Numbered from the stretch's first letter, positions 1-11,949 are shown. The stretch is 64,000 nt of DNA from Takakia lepidozioides (GCA_030704615.1 CM060734.1:31062001-31126000), one strand, 5' to 3'. A program made the numbers and translations. The notes: a model not told the origin generated them from the letters alone.

Positions 1-698
1 ACCCTCTGACGTGATCTTCTCTGGGGCAATGGCAATACGTGCCCCCATTGGCCGGCAATGGCTATCCACACAGCCGATCGAAAATGACTGTCTAGACCAT
101 ACGTCCACAAAGGGGCTAGACAGAGAAGGTGCCACGACATTACGGGATGAAATGGTGCTAGAACCACCGGCGTCCCGGCTCGGACCTCCGCATTACGGCA
201 CTGAAAATAGCACGTCGGCATGAAAACTGTATGGTGCCAGCGGAGTCGGGCACGATTTGCATACTCGGACTTCGGGATTTCTGTGACGAAATAGCAAAAA
301 TACACCGTCTTAGCGAAATAAAAACTAATGGGAGTAAAGTTCGAACGTATGTTGTGCAGTTCTTGAGCAAGAAAACAATGAAAATTGATTATCCACCTTG
401 GCACGCGGATGATATTGAGGCGTGGTTTTTTCATCCTGGCGGAGCGCGATATAGACGTTGCAGGATCGTATACAATACAGACATTCATGGCCAATACAGC
501 CAACTTCGACCGTGCTATTTCGGCGCCGAAATTCCCTTTTGAAATGTGATATACTGGCGTATTTTATGGCGCAGAGCGGGCTATTTCGGCGCCGAAATCC
601 AAGTGGAATGTGCTGAAGTGCCTTGTGCTGAAGGCTTCCACCGTGCTATTTCGGTGCCGTAATTCCTACGTGAGGCCGCTAGCATCCGTTGGGAGGAT

Positions 699-1154
699 AT
701 GAATGAGAGGTACTGGGTGCCTCGTCGGGATGAAGGGCCATTTCCTCCAGAGTTGCGCAGAGACCCCCAGCAGGAGGAGGTGTTGGACAATTTCAAGGCT
801 GCCATCACGAATGTTGTAAAGTATTGGCAGTACACATGGCGTGACCAAGTTGCCCTTATTCCAGGGGTGTTCTTGTCACTTCCAAACATATTGGATTTAA
901 TTGAAAAATTGCATGAAGCCGTAGCAAGAGCGACAAACCCGGCTCTGGCAAATGTGGAAGAGAGTCAGCACTCGCCTAGAACGCTACGCATGATGGCAAG
1001 GGTGGACCACACAACACTGGGTCCCTCTTTGCCCACTCGAGCCCAGGCTCGAGCTCTCCGTACTGGTGGAGACACGTCCTCTACACCCGGAGCATCTTCA
1101 TCAACATCTGGAGATAACGACAACGAAGTAATAAATCTAGATGAAGATGACTAG
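699..1154 (+). pseudogene. C-terminal part of an uncharacterised repeat-associated ORF (paralog of 62429-63330)
   Basis: LPNILDLIEKLHEAVARA..EESQHSPRTLRMMARVDHTTLGPSLPTRAQARALRTG aligns with LPNVDGLVVDLHVARA..EESQLSPRSRRMQARIDHMSLGRSLTTRSRSQAFRIG on the - strand at 62429-62680. The upstream region is interrupted by ATTTCGGCGCCGAAAT palindromes (~517-663). Confidence 0.6.
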
Positions 1155-1199
1155 AAAGGCTAGAAACGTAGGGAGTAGGCCAAAGGTCTCGGGTTGCGA

Positions 1200-3960
1200 A
1201 AACTTAAATGTGCAACCCACTGTATAGTCTACGTATTTTTTGGAAATACGAGGTTCATCCTTTGAACCATTTTTGAATGACCTCATACTTGTTCGTACCT
1301 GTTTGACGGCATGTACAATATACTGGCAAAGTTTCAAAACAATAAAAAATTGCTAAATGAAGATACCATTGGTTCACCCATTGCAATATTTTAAATCGAA
1401 CTCATACTTATCCGGTACCTTTAAGAGGGCATGTACAATGCAATGGCAAAGTTTGAAAGAATTCAGAAATCGGCACATCAAGTAACCATTGGTTCCTCCT
1501 GTGAACCATTTTTTATTGATCTCATATTTGTCCGGTCCATGTAAGAGGCATGTAGAACATACTGGCAAAATTTCAAATCATTCAAATTTTTTTTGATCAA
1601 GGAACCTTTGGTTTATCCTTTTCACCATTAACGATTAATCACGAATAAATGAATAGACGAATAAATCATTTTCCTCCAAATGATTTTGGTTCGCTTTGAG
1701 ACTTGGCCAGTATATTCAATGTACCATGGAAGAGGCCCCAGAGTAATATGAGATCAACCGAAATTCGTTCAATGGGCCAACGGATGGTTGCCTATCCAAA
1801 AGATTTTCGTTCGCTTTGAGACTTGGCCAGTGTGTTCAATGTACCCTCTGATAGGTCCTAGTGTAATATGAGATCAATCGAAATTCGTTCGATGGGCCAA
1901 TGAGGCGTTCAGTTGTCATCTGGTTTTTGTTCAATGCGGAAAAGAAATCCTGCAATGCGTGCACGGCTATTGCACTCATTGAACGGATGTGGTTGAAGCC
2001 CCTCTTTTGCCCGCATGTGCTTGAACATGTGTGCGACACATGTGCGGAGACACAACAGACGAATAAATCATTTGCCTCCCCATCGACACCAAGCCATTCC
2101 ATCATGTAATTGAATTTAAATTAATTTTAAGCCAATAAATAGGTTTGCATTGCCTTTCATTGGGGGTTTCTGGCACGTATCGATTTTGTTTTTGGCTCAA
2201 TTTTGTTTTGCGGCTTCAAGCATCCCACTACTACTCCCCCGCCAAAATTTGGACCAATAAAAAATGCCCAAAAAAAAAAAGTTCTTTTTGCTCACTATTG
2301 CAGAACTCTTTATGAAGAGTGCATGAAGTAGAGCACAAATCAAGTTTGGAGTGCAAAATGGGCAAGAAACTGTGGTTTTGGGTCCAAATGAATTTTGATC
2401 GCTCCCAAATTTGGCACGCACATTGCATATGGAGTCATTACACGCCCCATTTAAAAATGGAATGAAACAAAAAACATGAGCACGCGAAACGCAGTCCAAC
2501 AGGTCCCAAAGTAATAGCAGATCCAACAGAATACATTCAATGGGTGAACGGATGGTTGCCCATCCAAATCATTTGTGTTTGCTTCCAAACTTTGCTAGTA
2601 CGTTCGAGACACCCTTTCACAGGTCCCGGACTAATATCAGATCAATTGAAATGATTTTGGTTTGCTTTGAGACTTGGCCAATATGTTCAATGTACCATGG
2701 AAGAGGCCCCAAAGTAATATGAGATCAACCAAAATTCGTTCAATGGGCCAACGGATGGTTGCCCATCCAAATGATTTTCGTTCGCTTTGAAACTTGGCCA
2801 GTGTGTTCAATGTACCCTCTGATAGGTCCCAGTGTAATATGAGATCAATCGTTAACGTTTAATCATGAATCATCCAACATGGGAACTGTTGGTTCACCCT
2901 TTGAACCATTTAACATTGACATCATACTTGTCCAATAACTTTAAGAGGGCATGTACAAGACACTCGCAAAGTTTCAAATCAATACAAAATCATTTGGCAG
3001 AGGAATGATTGGTTCACCCATAGCCCATTTTAGGGGCTGAAATTGCCATTTATGGGGCTCAAATTGTCAATTTCTGGGGCTGGACTTGCCATTCCAAGGG
3101 TTGAAATTGCCAATTTCAGGGGCTATAGTTGCAATTTGAGGGGCTGGAATTGCCATTTCAGGGGCTAGAAGTGCAATTTGAGAGGTTGGAATTAAATTTC
3201 AGGGGCTTCAATTGCAATTTGAGGGGTTGGAATTGACAATTTCAAGGGCTCAAATTACAATTTGAGGGGCGGCCGGGGTTGGTCATTTTAGGGACTAGCA
3301 TTACCAATTTTAAGGGCTTGAATTGCATTTTGAATTGTAATTCAAGGGTTACAATGGGCCATTGGGGGGCTAGAATTACCAAAGCAATGACATCCAAAGC
3401 AATATAAAATCATTTGATAGCGGAATGATTGGTTCACCCTTTCAACCATTTTTTATTCACGTCATACTTGTCCGGTACTTGTAGGAGGGCATGTGGCTGA
3501 CACTTGCAAAGCTTCAAAGCAATGTAAAATCATTTGATAGGGGAACAATTGGTTCACCCTTTCAACCATATTTTACTGACCTTATACTTGTCCGATACCT
3601 TTAAAATGACATGTGAAAGACAATTGCAAAGCTTTAAAGCACTAAAAAATCATTTGATATGTTCATGATTGATTCACCTTTTCAACCATTTTAGATTGAT
3701 TTGAAACTTGTGAAAGACTTGTAAGAGGGCATGTACAAGACACTTGCAAAGTTTCAAATCAATTTAAAATCATTTGGTAGGGGGACGATTGGTTCACCCT
3801 TTAAACTATTTTAGATTGATGGCATACTTCTCAAAGACGTGTAAGAGAGCATGTAGAAGACACTTGCAAAGTTTCGGAGCAATAAAATATCATTTCATCG
3901 GGGAAGTTTCCGTTCACCCTTTCATCCAATTTTGAATTGAACTAGATTTTTACTAAATAA
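1200..3960. repeat. 120-bp satellite-like array with an inverted central block
   Basis: TTGGTTCACCCT-like words recur at exactly 120-bp spacing (lines 3421, 3541, 3661, 3781, 3901) and at ~1250-1620. Units in 1678-2850 are the reverse complement of these. Confidence 0.85.
3025..3385. repeat. ~21-22 bp minisatellite (GGGGCTGGAATTGCCATTTCA-like)
   Basis: About 15 degenerate tandem copies are visible directly. Confidence 0.85.
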
Positions 3961-4164
3961 AATGATTTAGAGGGCATAGGATTGTGGGGCGCAATGAGTG
4001 TGGGGCGCAATGATTTTGTTTTTGGCTTGATTTTGTTCTGTGAGTTGAACCCTCACACCACCACATCCTTGCCAAAAAATGTACCAAAGAAAAATGTTTG
4101 AAAAAAAACGTTCATCCTTTGTTCTATGCTCATTATTGCAGAACTCTCTTGAAATATAAAGATT

Positions 4165-4480
4165 AAAAGCGACCGCCTTACTGGCAGTCACGTTTTTTTA
4201 AAAATATTAAAAATAAAAGCGACCACCATATTGGCGGTCGCTTTATTTTAAATATATTAACAAATGAAGCGACCGCCATACCGGCAGTCGCATTATATTT
4301 TGAAATAAAAAATAATAACGACCGCCATATGGGCGGTCGCTTAAATTTAAAAATATACAAAATAGAAGTGACCGCAATATTACACAAAATGAAAAGAAAT
4401 AAAAACGACCGCAGTAGTGGCGGTCGCTTATTTTTCATAAAAAATAAAAATAGCGACCGTAGTATTAGCGGTCGCTTAAT
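4165..4480. repeat. Array of GCGACCGCC-N5-GGCGGTCGC palindromes at ~50-bp period (DNA-transposon subterminal-like)
   Basis: Copies near 4169, 4219, 4269, 4318, 4405 and 4453 with AT-rich spacers. The same motif occurs at 63610-63912. Confidence 0.8.
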
Positions 4481-4485
4481 TTCAA

Positions 4486-6723
4486 AAGGCCATTGCACAA
4501 ATTCCACGCCCCACGGATGTAAGCCGAGTTCGAGCTTTCATAGGGTTGGCAAACTATTATAGACGGTTTGTCAAGGGATTTAATGCCATTGCAAAGGCTC
4601 TAACCAAGCTGACCAAGGTGGACCAGGAGTGGTAGTGGGAAGATGAGCAGGAACGAGCTTTTCAAGAGCTCAAGGCAAGGTTGACCTCGGCGCCTATCCT
4701 GAGACGACCTATCAGGGGGCGTCCCTTTCAGCTGCATACGGATTGGAGCATGTTGGGGCTTGGAGCGGTGCTCACACAGGTGGATGATAAGGGAAGAGAG
4801 TTCGTAGTGGCTTATGTTAGCCGCTCGAACAACGCTGCAGAGGCTAAGTATAGCTCATATGAAGGAGAGTGCTTAGCTGCAGTGTGGGCCGTGGCACACT
4901 TCAGGTACTATCTATACGACAATCTCTTCACCCTTGTCACGGATCACCAGCCACTCAAGTGGTTGATAAAGTCAGACAAGCTTACGGGGAAGCTTGCACG
5001 GTGGGCACTTATACTCCAGGAGTATGACTTTCAGGTTGTGCATCGACCGGGTTTGGTCAATCGGGATGCGGATGGATTAAGTCGCAATCCATGCGTGAGC
5101 CAACAGGATGACACTGGAGCTTGGTGTGAGACGGACGAGGAGATGGTGTCGGGATGGCACGCATCTGCATTTTTGTGTATCTTGGCATCGGGAGGTCAGA
5201 TTGGACCTACAACAGGGATGACTGTAGACGGAGTGTCTGAGGACCCTGAGGCTAGTGATGAGCCAGGTGGTACCAGAGATATACATGAGGATTCGGCTGT
5301 GTTGGACTACCTCCGTACTGGAGACACGGCAGCCACTGTGACTGCCAAGGAGAGGGATCGGATCCTGCAACAAGCCAAGAGGTTCAAATGGGAGGGGATA
5401 CACCTGCTCCGAGTGTGGGAGGATGGTCGAGTGAGGATTGTGCCTCACCCAACACAGCGTGCACGGTTAGTGCGGCATGCCCATAATGAGTTGGGGCATT
5501 TTGGAGTGCGATGCATTCACAGTTTACTGCAGGGGCAGAATTGGTGGCGTGGTATGCATACAGAGGTGCAACACTTCGTGGCTAGATGCATGGTGTGTGA
5601 CAGGGTGCGTGCTTCATTCAATGCCCCTACACCATAGTTGCATCCTTTACCAATCATGGGATTGGGCTACAGGTGGAGTCTTGACTTTGCAGGGCCGTTG
5701 TCATTGACCATGCGCCACAACAAGTACGTGTTGGTGATGGTGGAGCACTTTTCCAAGTGGATCGGGTTGGTTCCATTGCCTGATAAGGCTAGTGAGGGAG
5801 CTGCGTATGCATTCTTGGATTGTTAACTTAGCCGATTCGGTGCTCCAGCTGAGGTACTCACGGACCAAGGGAGAGAGTTCTTGGGGGAGTTTCAGGCTTT
5901 GTGTGACAAGGCCTTGGTAGACCACCGCACCACTTCTCGGGATCATCTTGAGGCCGATGGCTTGGCAGAGAGGGTTGTTCAGACAATAAAAAGGGGTTTG
6001 CGCAAGTATGGCTTGCAGAAGGGACACCTAGGAGATTGGGACCTTCAGTTACCCTGGTTAGCCATGGGCTACAGGTTCAGCAAGCAAGCATCACTTGCCT
6101 CATTCTCACCATATTTTCTTCTCTTTGGCTGAGAGCCGGATTTGCCTGCAGCCATTTGTAGGGACACTGCTCAAGTCCTTAACCTTGACGATCCGGACGT
6201 GTGGGTACGTGCATGTGATTAGCGTACAGAGTTGTTCAAGAAAGTCATGCCCATGGCTTTTGAGAACCTTGCCATTGCACAACACCGTGATACGTTGAGG
6301 TATGCCACTATACGTGGTGGAGGATATCGTCCTGGGGTTCGGAGGTTTAGCCCTGATGACTATGTTTATTTGCAGCAGACTGCTCCTACGACCCTGGATG
6401 TCACTGCAGGGCGTGTTATTCTGAGGGTTCGAGAGGTGTTGCCCTCAGGAGTCCTGATCTTGGAGGGTCGGGATGGCATGACTTGGAAAGACCATGTGCG
6501 TAATTGTGCGCCATGTCACCTTCCCAATGTCGATGGCAGAGTTGACCCAAACTTGGCAGTGGTACCTGCAGGTTTGAGGTGCATGCTCTGTGGGTCTGCC
6601 AAAGAGGCAGCCACCATGCTGGTGTGTGATCAATACTCAAGAGGTTGGCACATGGGATGCTTCACACCACCTCTTGAGAAGGTTCCTGATGGAGATTGGT
6701 TGTGTCCACACTGCTTGGGATAG
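4486..6723 (+). pseudogene. Gypsy pol (RT C-terminus, RNase H, integrase, C-terminal PHD), one frame with about five in-frame stops
   Basis: VRAFIGLANYYRRF; LHTDWS..YSSYEGECLA..TDHQPL..ADGLSR (RNase H); H-H-C-C zinc motif, WSLDFAGP, TDQGREF, DGLAER (integrase); CMLCGS..MLVCD..GWHMGC..WLCPHC (PHD). ORFs starting at 4681, 5638, 5881 and 6232 share one frame. Confidence 0.95.
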
Positions 6724-6983
6724 TGGCAGTGGACATGATTAGAGGCAGCTAACAAGACATAGGAGGCCAAGCTCATAGGAGTCAATACACGAGATCCCAG
6801 GTTTAAGTTCACAGGTTGCAAGACGACGACTAACGATGGGGCAACTCTTGCACCCGGCCTCTTGATCTATCGAGTTTGAGTGTAGTAGGGACAGTGGTGG
6901 AGGACTTAGTGAGGCTACGGTCACTATCACATCTTGTGGCTACCTGGACTTAGAGGGACCTAAGCACCAGCTAGGGGGGCGAT

Positions 6984-7234
6984 TGTGGTGGACTAGTGAC
7001 TGCCATAGTGGGCAGCCTAGCGACTGACTAGTGACAGCCTAGTGGTTGGACTAGTGGTTGGACTAGTGGTGGACTAGTGGTATACTAGTGTGTGGTGTGC
7101 ACATGTGTTGTGTGGTTTTGGACAGCAATGTAGTTGTGTAGCGATATGTATGCGCACGACAAGTGAAGTAGTTGGCAGTGACCACTTTGTGTCCCCTACC
7201 ATGTAGCAATTCAGACACAAGACGGGTCACTACA
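6984..7234 (+). repeat. 3' LTR (~251 bp)
   Basis: Starts TGTGGTG immediately after the PPT and ends CACTACA (6/7 inverted match). Contains internal CTAGTGGTTGGA tandem repeats. Confidence 0.75.
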
Positions 7235-7597
7235 TCATATCCCTCTCATTTGCCTGACTTCTCCCTCATGCCAAGCGGACCTCCATTTTTCCCACAGTAC
7301 ACCTCAAAATCAGAAACATAGCTAGTGATAGAATCGGCAAGTGCCCACACCTTTATGCCTCACTTCACATGTATTTTTGGAATATACTGATGGATTGCAC
7401 AATATTTTCCCTTGTACTGGATCATGATCTCATCAACTATCAAAAACTTACCCAAATTTTAGTGTGACTTACATTTGATTGCAATCTCCTCACACATGAG
7501 CCTGCATCGCACCTTCCCCAACTTATCAAAATGCTCACTGCTCCGATCAGAAACTAATGTATCATTACCTACCAAATGCAAGCACCGCAATATAGTG
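7235..7597 (-). pseudogene. piggyBac-family transposase fragment
   Basis: Manual translation: ILRCLHL..FDKLGKVR..NLGKFLIVDEIMIQYKGKYCAIHQYIPKIHVK*GIKVWALADSITSYVSDFEVYCGK. This matches the piggyBac VDE.M..YKG..QY.P.KP.KWGIKVW..D..Y...FEVY.GK block. Confidence 0.9.
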
Positions 7598-7599
7598 AA

Positions 7600-8264
7600 A
7601 GACCCCCTTTTGCGACCCCTAGGGCATCGCAACCAAGTAAAACAAAATTAAAAAATAAAATATTTTGTTTTGTGATGTCCAGGGATCGCAGAGGGTCACA
7701 AAACGTCATAACCTTGAGCACTGCGACCCCAAGGCATTGCAAGAATTTTTTATTTTCCTTTTTTGGGACGCCTAGGGGATCGTAAGGGGTCCGCAAAGCA
7801 CTCAAAACGTTGCAACCTGGAGCTGCGACCCTTGGGCATCATTTTTCTTTATTTTATTTTATTTTATTTTATGATTTTTTTACGCCCAGGGGGTCGCAAT
7901 GGGTCGCAATGTACTCAAAACGTCGCAACCTTGAGCTGCGACCCCTGGTCGTCGCAAAATATACTTAAACAATTATTTCAAAAAATTATTGAGATATCTC
8001 TGTGACGGTTTTCCGTCGCAAAATTATTTCCTCAAAAGATTCCAATGACGTGTGGCGTTCAACCGTCGCAAACAATAAAATGTTATAAATTTTCCCAAGA
8101 AAAAACCAATGTGAGTCATTTTACGACGGAAAAACGTCGCAAGATAACTATGTGCACTGGCATGTCGTTGCAGATGGCGTCTCAACACTTTCGTCGCAAG
8201 GTTTGGATGTTAGGGGTTACGTAGCGTCACCCCCCCCCCCCCCCCCCCCCCAATCGTTGTAGTG
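7600..8264. mobile_element. CACTA (En/Spm) right end with GCGAC/GTCGCAA subterminal repeats
   Basis: Ends ATCGTTGTAGTG (reverse complement CACTACAACGAT) and carries many GCGACCC/GTCGCAA words. Confidence 0.7.
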
Positions 8265-8385
8265 TCTCGTCATTTTTCGTATTCCAATTACTAACAAGCT
8301 TTGAAGATTGTTCCCCATTTTTCGCTTTGCCAAAATACAAAGAATATCTATCACTACCTTCCGGAGGGTTGTTCTTGTCATTTAT

Positions 8386-8448
8386 AAGTGGTGCGGTGGT
8401 CTATCAAGGCTTTATCACACAAAGCCTGAAACCCCCCCAAGAACTCTC
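8386..8448 (-). repeat. 63-bp inverted fragment of the Gypsy integrase
   Basis: Reverse complement matches 5873-5935 at 59/63 (EFLGGFQALCDKALIDHRTT). Confidence 0.85.
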
Positions 8449-8502
8449 GGGTAGTTGCAACGAAGAGTGGACCAAAAAGTTGAAGATATGGCCTACATAA
8501 AA

Positions 8503-8830
8503 CACTACAACAGATCGTGGTATATATGACTGCCAACCCGCGGTAGTCATGGTTTTCCTGACTATGACCATGATTTCCCTATATTTTTAGACCAAATTGT
8601 GCTTTACGTAGTTGTTCAGATGACTATGTAGTCACGTAGTCATCCAAGGGACTACATGGTTAGACGTTTGAATGACTACGTGACTCCGCACTTGATGGAG
8701 GGTTGGTCAACGATGGTTGACTAGCGCGAGCTCACCACCAAATAGTTAGAAAAAAAATCAGATTGCCAAAAATACCTACCGTTGTGACAGTATGGTTAGG
8801 ACTACTGGGCATTGTTTTGTTTAAAACTTA
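8503..8830. mobile_element. CACTA left end with GACTAC/GTAGTC subterminal repeats
   Basis: Starts CACTACAACAGAT, followed by clustered GACTAC/GTAGTC words. Confidence 0.6.
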
Positions 8831-9062
8831 AGTGTCATGGTATGGGATATAATTTATGAGAAAGGTTGTTTCTGTTCAAGACCTCATTGTATTTTATTGT
8901 AGTTGTAGGAGTGACAATTTTGCGAAGGTTGTTCATGTAATAATAGATGATACCAATTGAGAGGGACTGAGGGTATTGGTATTGTGTGAGTGAACAAAAA
9001 AAAACCCACATGTAAGTACAATCCACAGTTATAGGGGCAATATGTTTCAAAATGGAAATACA

Positions 9063-9279
9063 GCACATCGGCTGTAGCTCAGCTGGTAAGTGCACAGTAT
9101 GTGTCGCCCTGGTGGTTCGGGGTTCAAACCCGCTGCCCCTGCCCCATGTGTGGGATTGTTCGTGATGGTATGTCTGAGGTCTCATGACCCATAAATGAAA
9201 GGGGCTAATTTTTCCCCTCCTTGGCAAAAGCCTGAATTGTGGGTGCCGCTCCCAGGTTTCCTTTATTAGAAAAAAAAAA
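9063..9279 (+). mobile_element. tRNA-derived SINE
   Basis: A box TAGCTCAGCTGG (9075), B box GGTTCAAACCC (9121), unrelated body, A10 tail (9270-9279) and candidate TSD AAATACA on both sides. Confidence 0.75.
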
Positions 9280-10466
9280 TACAAGTCATAAGCAAAAGAC
9301 ACTGCTCTATCAATAGGTTCACTTACATGGTCTATTATGAATGTTCCAGTTTATATCCTTATTTTTATTAAACAGAAATAAAATTTACTTAAAATTATTG
9401 GAAGGAAAAAAGTCCTATACAATGAAAAATGAAAAAGAAATAGTTAGATAATAGTTCCAGTATTATAATATCATAATGACAGCAGTTCGCCAGCGAATAA
9501 TAAAGATGGCTTATTGATACATGATATCTGTTTGAATTTACTATAGAGAGTTTCATTTGCAAAAAAAAAGAAAAAAGAAAAACAAATCTGAAAATGAAAA
9601 AAATAGTTTCACTGAGAATTTTCATTTTTCATTTTTTTTCATGATGGATACCTTATAAATCAGTAATATTTGTGCTCACTTGAGCACAATTTTGAAACAA
9701 TTTCGCAATTTTGTAGCGTGAGCGCATTTTTGTTTCACCATAACATACTCAGAGAGTATGTGGAATATCTTGTTTTGCTCATGTAAGCAAAACAAGACCG
9801 CGTGCACTAGGGCATATTTTGCATATTCCTCAGATACCCAAAGAATATGTCACATCGACATGATAATTTGTGAAATTCAGAAACCTGCAAAATTATTTTC
9901 AGCTGTCCACATGAGCACTAATCACAACACATAAAAAACAAATAACCGCTATACCTGATAAACATGTTATCCTATAGGCATGGATTTTGCTAAGGCAGTT
10001 GTGCTCACACGATACCAGGCTCTTTCCATAATAGGTGCAAGAGTGGACTGTGAGACTTCAGGATAATTTCGCAGGGTAAAACTCTGACCCTTTAAACTAC
10101 TTTTATTTTTTCAGATATAATTTCTTAGGACGAAATGAAAAATCCAGAATTATCTCTAGATTTATCAAGACTTGGGATTATTATTTTTTATTTAAGCTAT
10201 ATCACCAAAGGTTTCTCAAAGCCACCACTGCCATAGGTTTACAGTTTTTTGCTATACTAGGGTTTCGCCTTGAGATACCCTAGTTGAACTACACTTTATA
10301 TATGGGGTTTTTTTTTTTTTGGTTTTTTCGTTTTGAAAGCATGTAACACCTTTGACCGGGATTGAAAAAGATAAAACCCTCGTGACCGTGGGTATGCTCA
10401 CTTTGTGCTCACGCGATACCAACCCCCACGTGAGCATGCTCATAGGCTCTCCAACCTCCAATTGAA

Positions 10467-11949
10467 GTGTCGGGCACATGAGCAGAAATGGGCCTCAAAA
10501 GAGCCGCCCCGACTGCCGTAGGCCGCCTAGGAGGTAGGGCCTCGCAGGGGCAGGCGAGCCGCCTGGGCAAAATGCGCCTTCACGGCAGCGCCTATGGTAA
10601 CTACTGTCCACGTTTTCCCTGGAATAATAAATTTTTACTGCACTGCTGATTATTTACTGTGGTTGCAGTTTAGCCTGGTTATTTGGCTAGAAATGGTTTA
10701 CACTATATTTATTTATTTATTTAAGAAAGACCTCAAGAATTTTATAAATAATGGACAAAAGGTCCAAGAAATACAAGAGACCGAGGGAGTGGAAAAAATA
10801 ACCATTCATGAGGCCGTGAAGGCTTACATGGGGAGACTACCCTTGGACACCCCTATACTAAAAGAGAGGAGGAGCTTGGTTCAATTTTTGTTCAACATTC
10901 CAAAATATCTTATCTATGTGACATATAGCTTAGAGGACCACAGAGTTGGTGCTCTTCCTGCTACAATAATAGTCTGCTAGTATTGCAGTTATTCTCTTGT
11001 TGGGTTTCTCGTCCAAAATAATATGGGTGTCGTCTATGGAACCACAAACATTGGGAAATCCGCAAGCATCGCAATAATCCTGTGAAGTCGATCTCCATGA
11101 GGTATGGAGATGTCACTGCAAATAGTTTGTGTTCATCAATAAGTACATCGACAACAAGGTCAACATATATTCTGATTGTCGATACTCCAACACCAAACCT
11201 GTCAGCTATTTGGCTTGCACTTGTGCCATGGGCAAATCAATACAAGAGAAGCCCAACAATCTTGCGAACCTCCAATGGTTGCCTTACAAACATGTGAGCA
11301 CATGACTTGATCCATGGTGCAAGCTCCGTAACCAAGAATATAAAACTTGCAAATGATATTGGATAAGCTTGAATGAATTTCCTCCCTCATCTCGGAACTT
11401 GTATATCATACCTCTCCCTCTATAATGTCCAATGAGTGCATTGTCGAGGCTCTTTCCACCAAGTCCTCCCAGGTTTGTTCTCTTCATAGGCCAACATTGC
11501 AAAAAAAATGGGAAGAGATTTTGACAAAAGACTTGATTCGTCATTCTTCTTGTTCCAAAGGGTCTCCTAGACATTGTTTCCATCAATCCGAAAAAGGAAA
11601 ACAACTCAACATCCTCCATGTTCACCTATGAACCCTTCACAAATTAGCTCAGCCTCTAACGTAAACCACAATTCAATCAAAACCCCATACCCTAATCCTG
11701 AAACCCCATCTTGCTTGGAGGTAATCCTCAAGCCCTAAATCTTTTGCTGGCTAGTGCAAATAAATTGGACTTATTTTTTTTCAATTCTTATTCCTCCATT
11801 ACCGCCCAGGGGTGAAATTCTGGGCACATGTGCCCACCCGCGGGGGCTACCCGCTTGGTAGCAAGGCCCGCCTAGGCTGCAGCCGCTGGCGGGGCCCACC
11901 ACATCCAGCCGCTGCTTAGGCTGCAGCGAACTGCTCATGTGCCCGACAC
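10467..11949 (-). mobile_element. PIF/Harbinger deletion derivative with perfect 19-bp TIRs
   Basis: GTGTCGGGCACATGAGCAG (10467-10485) and CTGCTCATGTGCCCGACAC (11931-11949) bound an internal HARBI1-like transposase remnant. Confidence 0.88.
10890..11625 (-). pseudogene. Harbinger/HARBI1-like DDE transposase remnant
   Basis: CGFPNVCGSIDDTHI..DYYCSRKSTNSVVL*AICHIDKIFWNV resembles the GFPN.CGAIDGTHI / Y.NRK..S..LQ..CD...F motifs. Confidence 0.85.

Larger units (their letters stand above)
4486..7234 (+). mobile_element. 5'-truncated Ty3/Gypsy LTR retrotransposon with PHD-finger integrase
   Basis: Order is RT end, RNase H, integrase, PHD, then PPT (AGGGGGGCGAT, 6973-6983) and a 3' LTR. RNase H-before-integrase is the Gypsy order. 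Confidence 0.95.

Noticed and set aside
1200-4480. CRISPR-like repeat/spacer appearance of the 120-bp units and palindrome arrays
   Set aside because: Eukaryotic intron-containing context, degenerate repeats, spacers that are homologous or merely AT-rich, and no cas genes.
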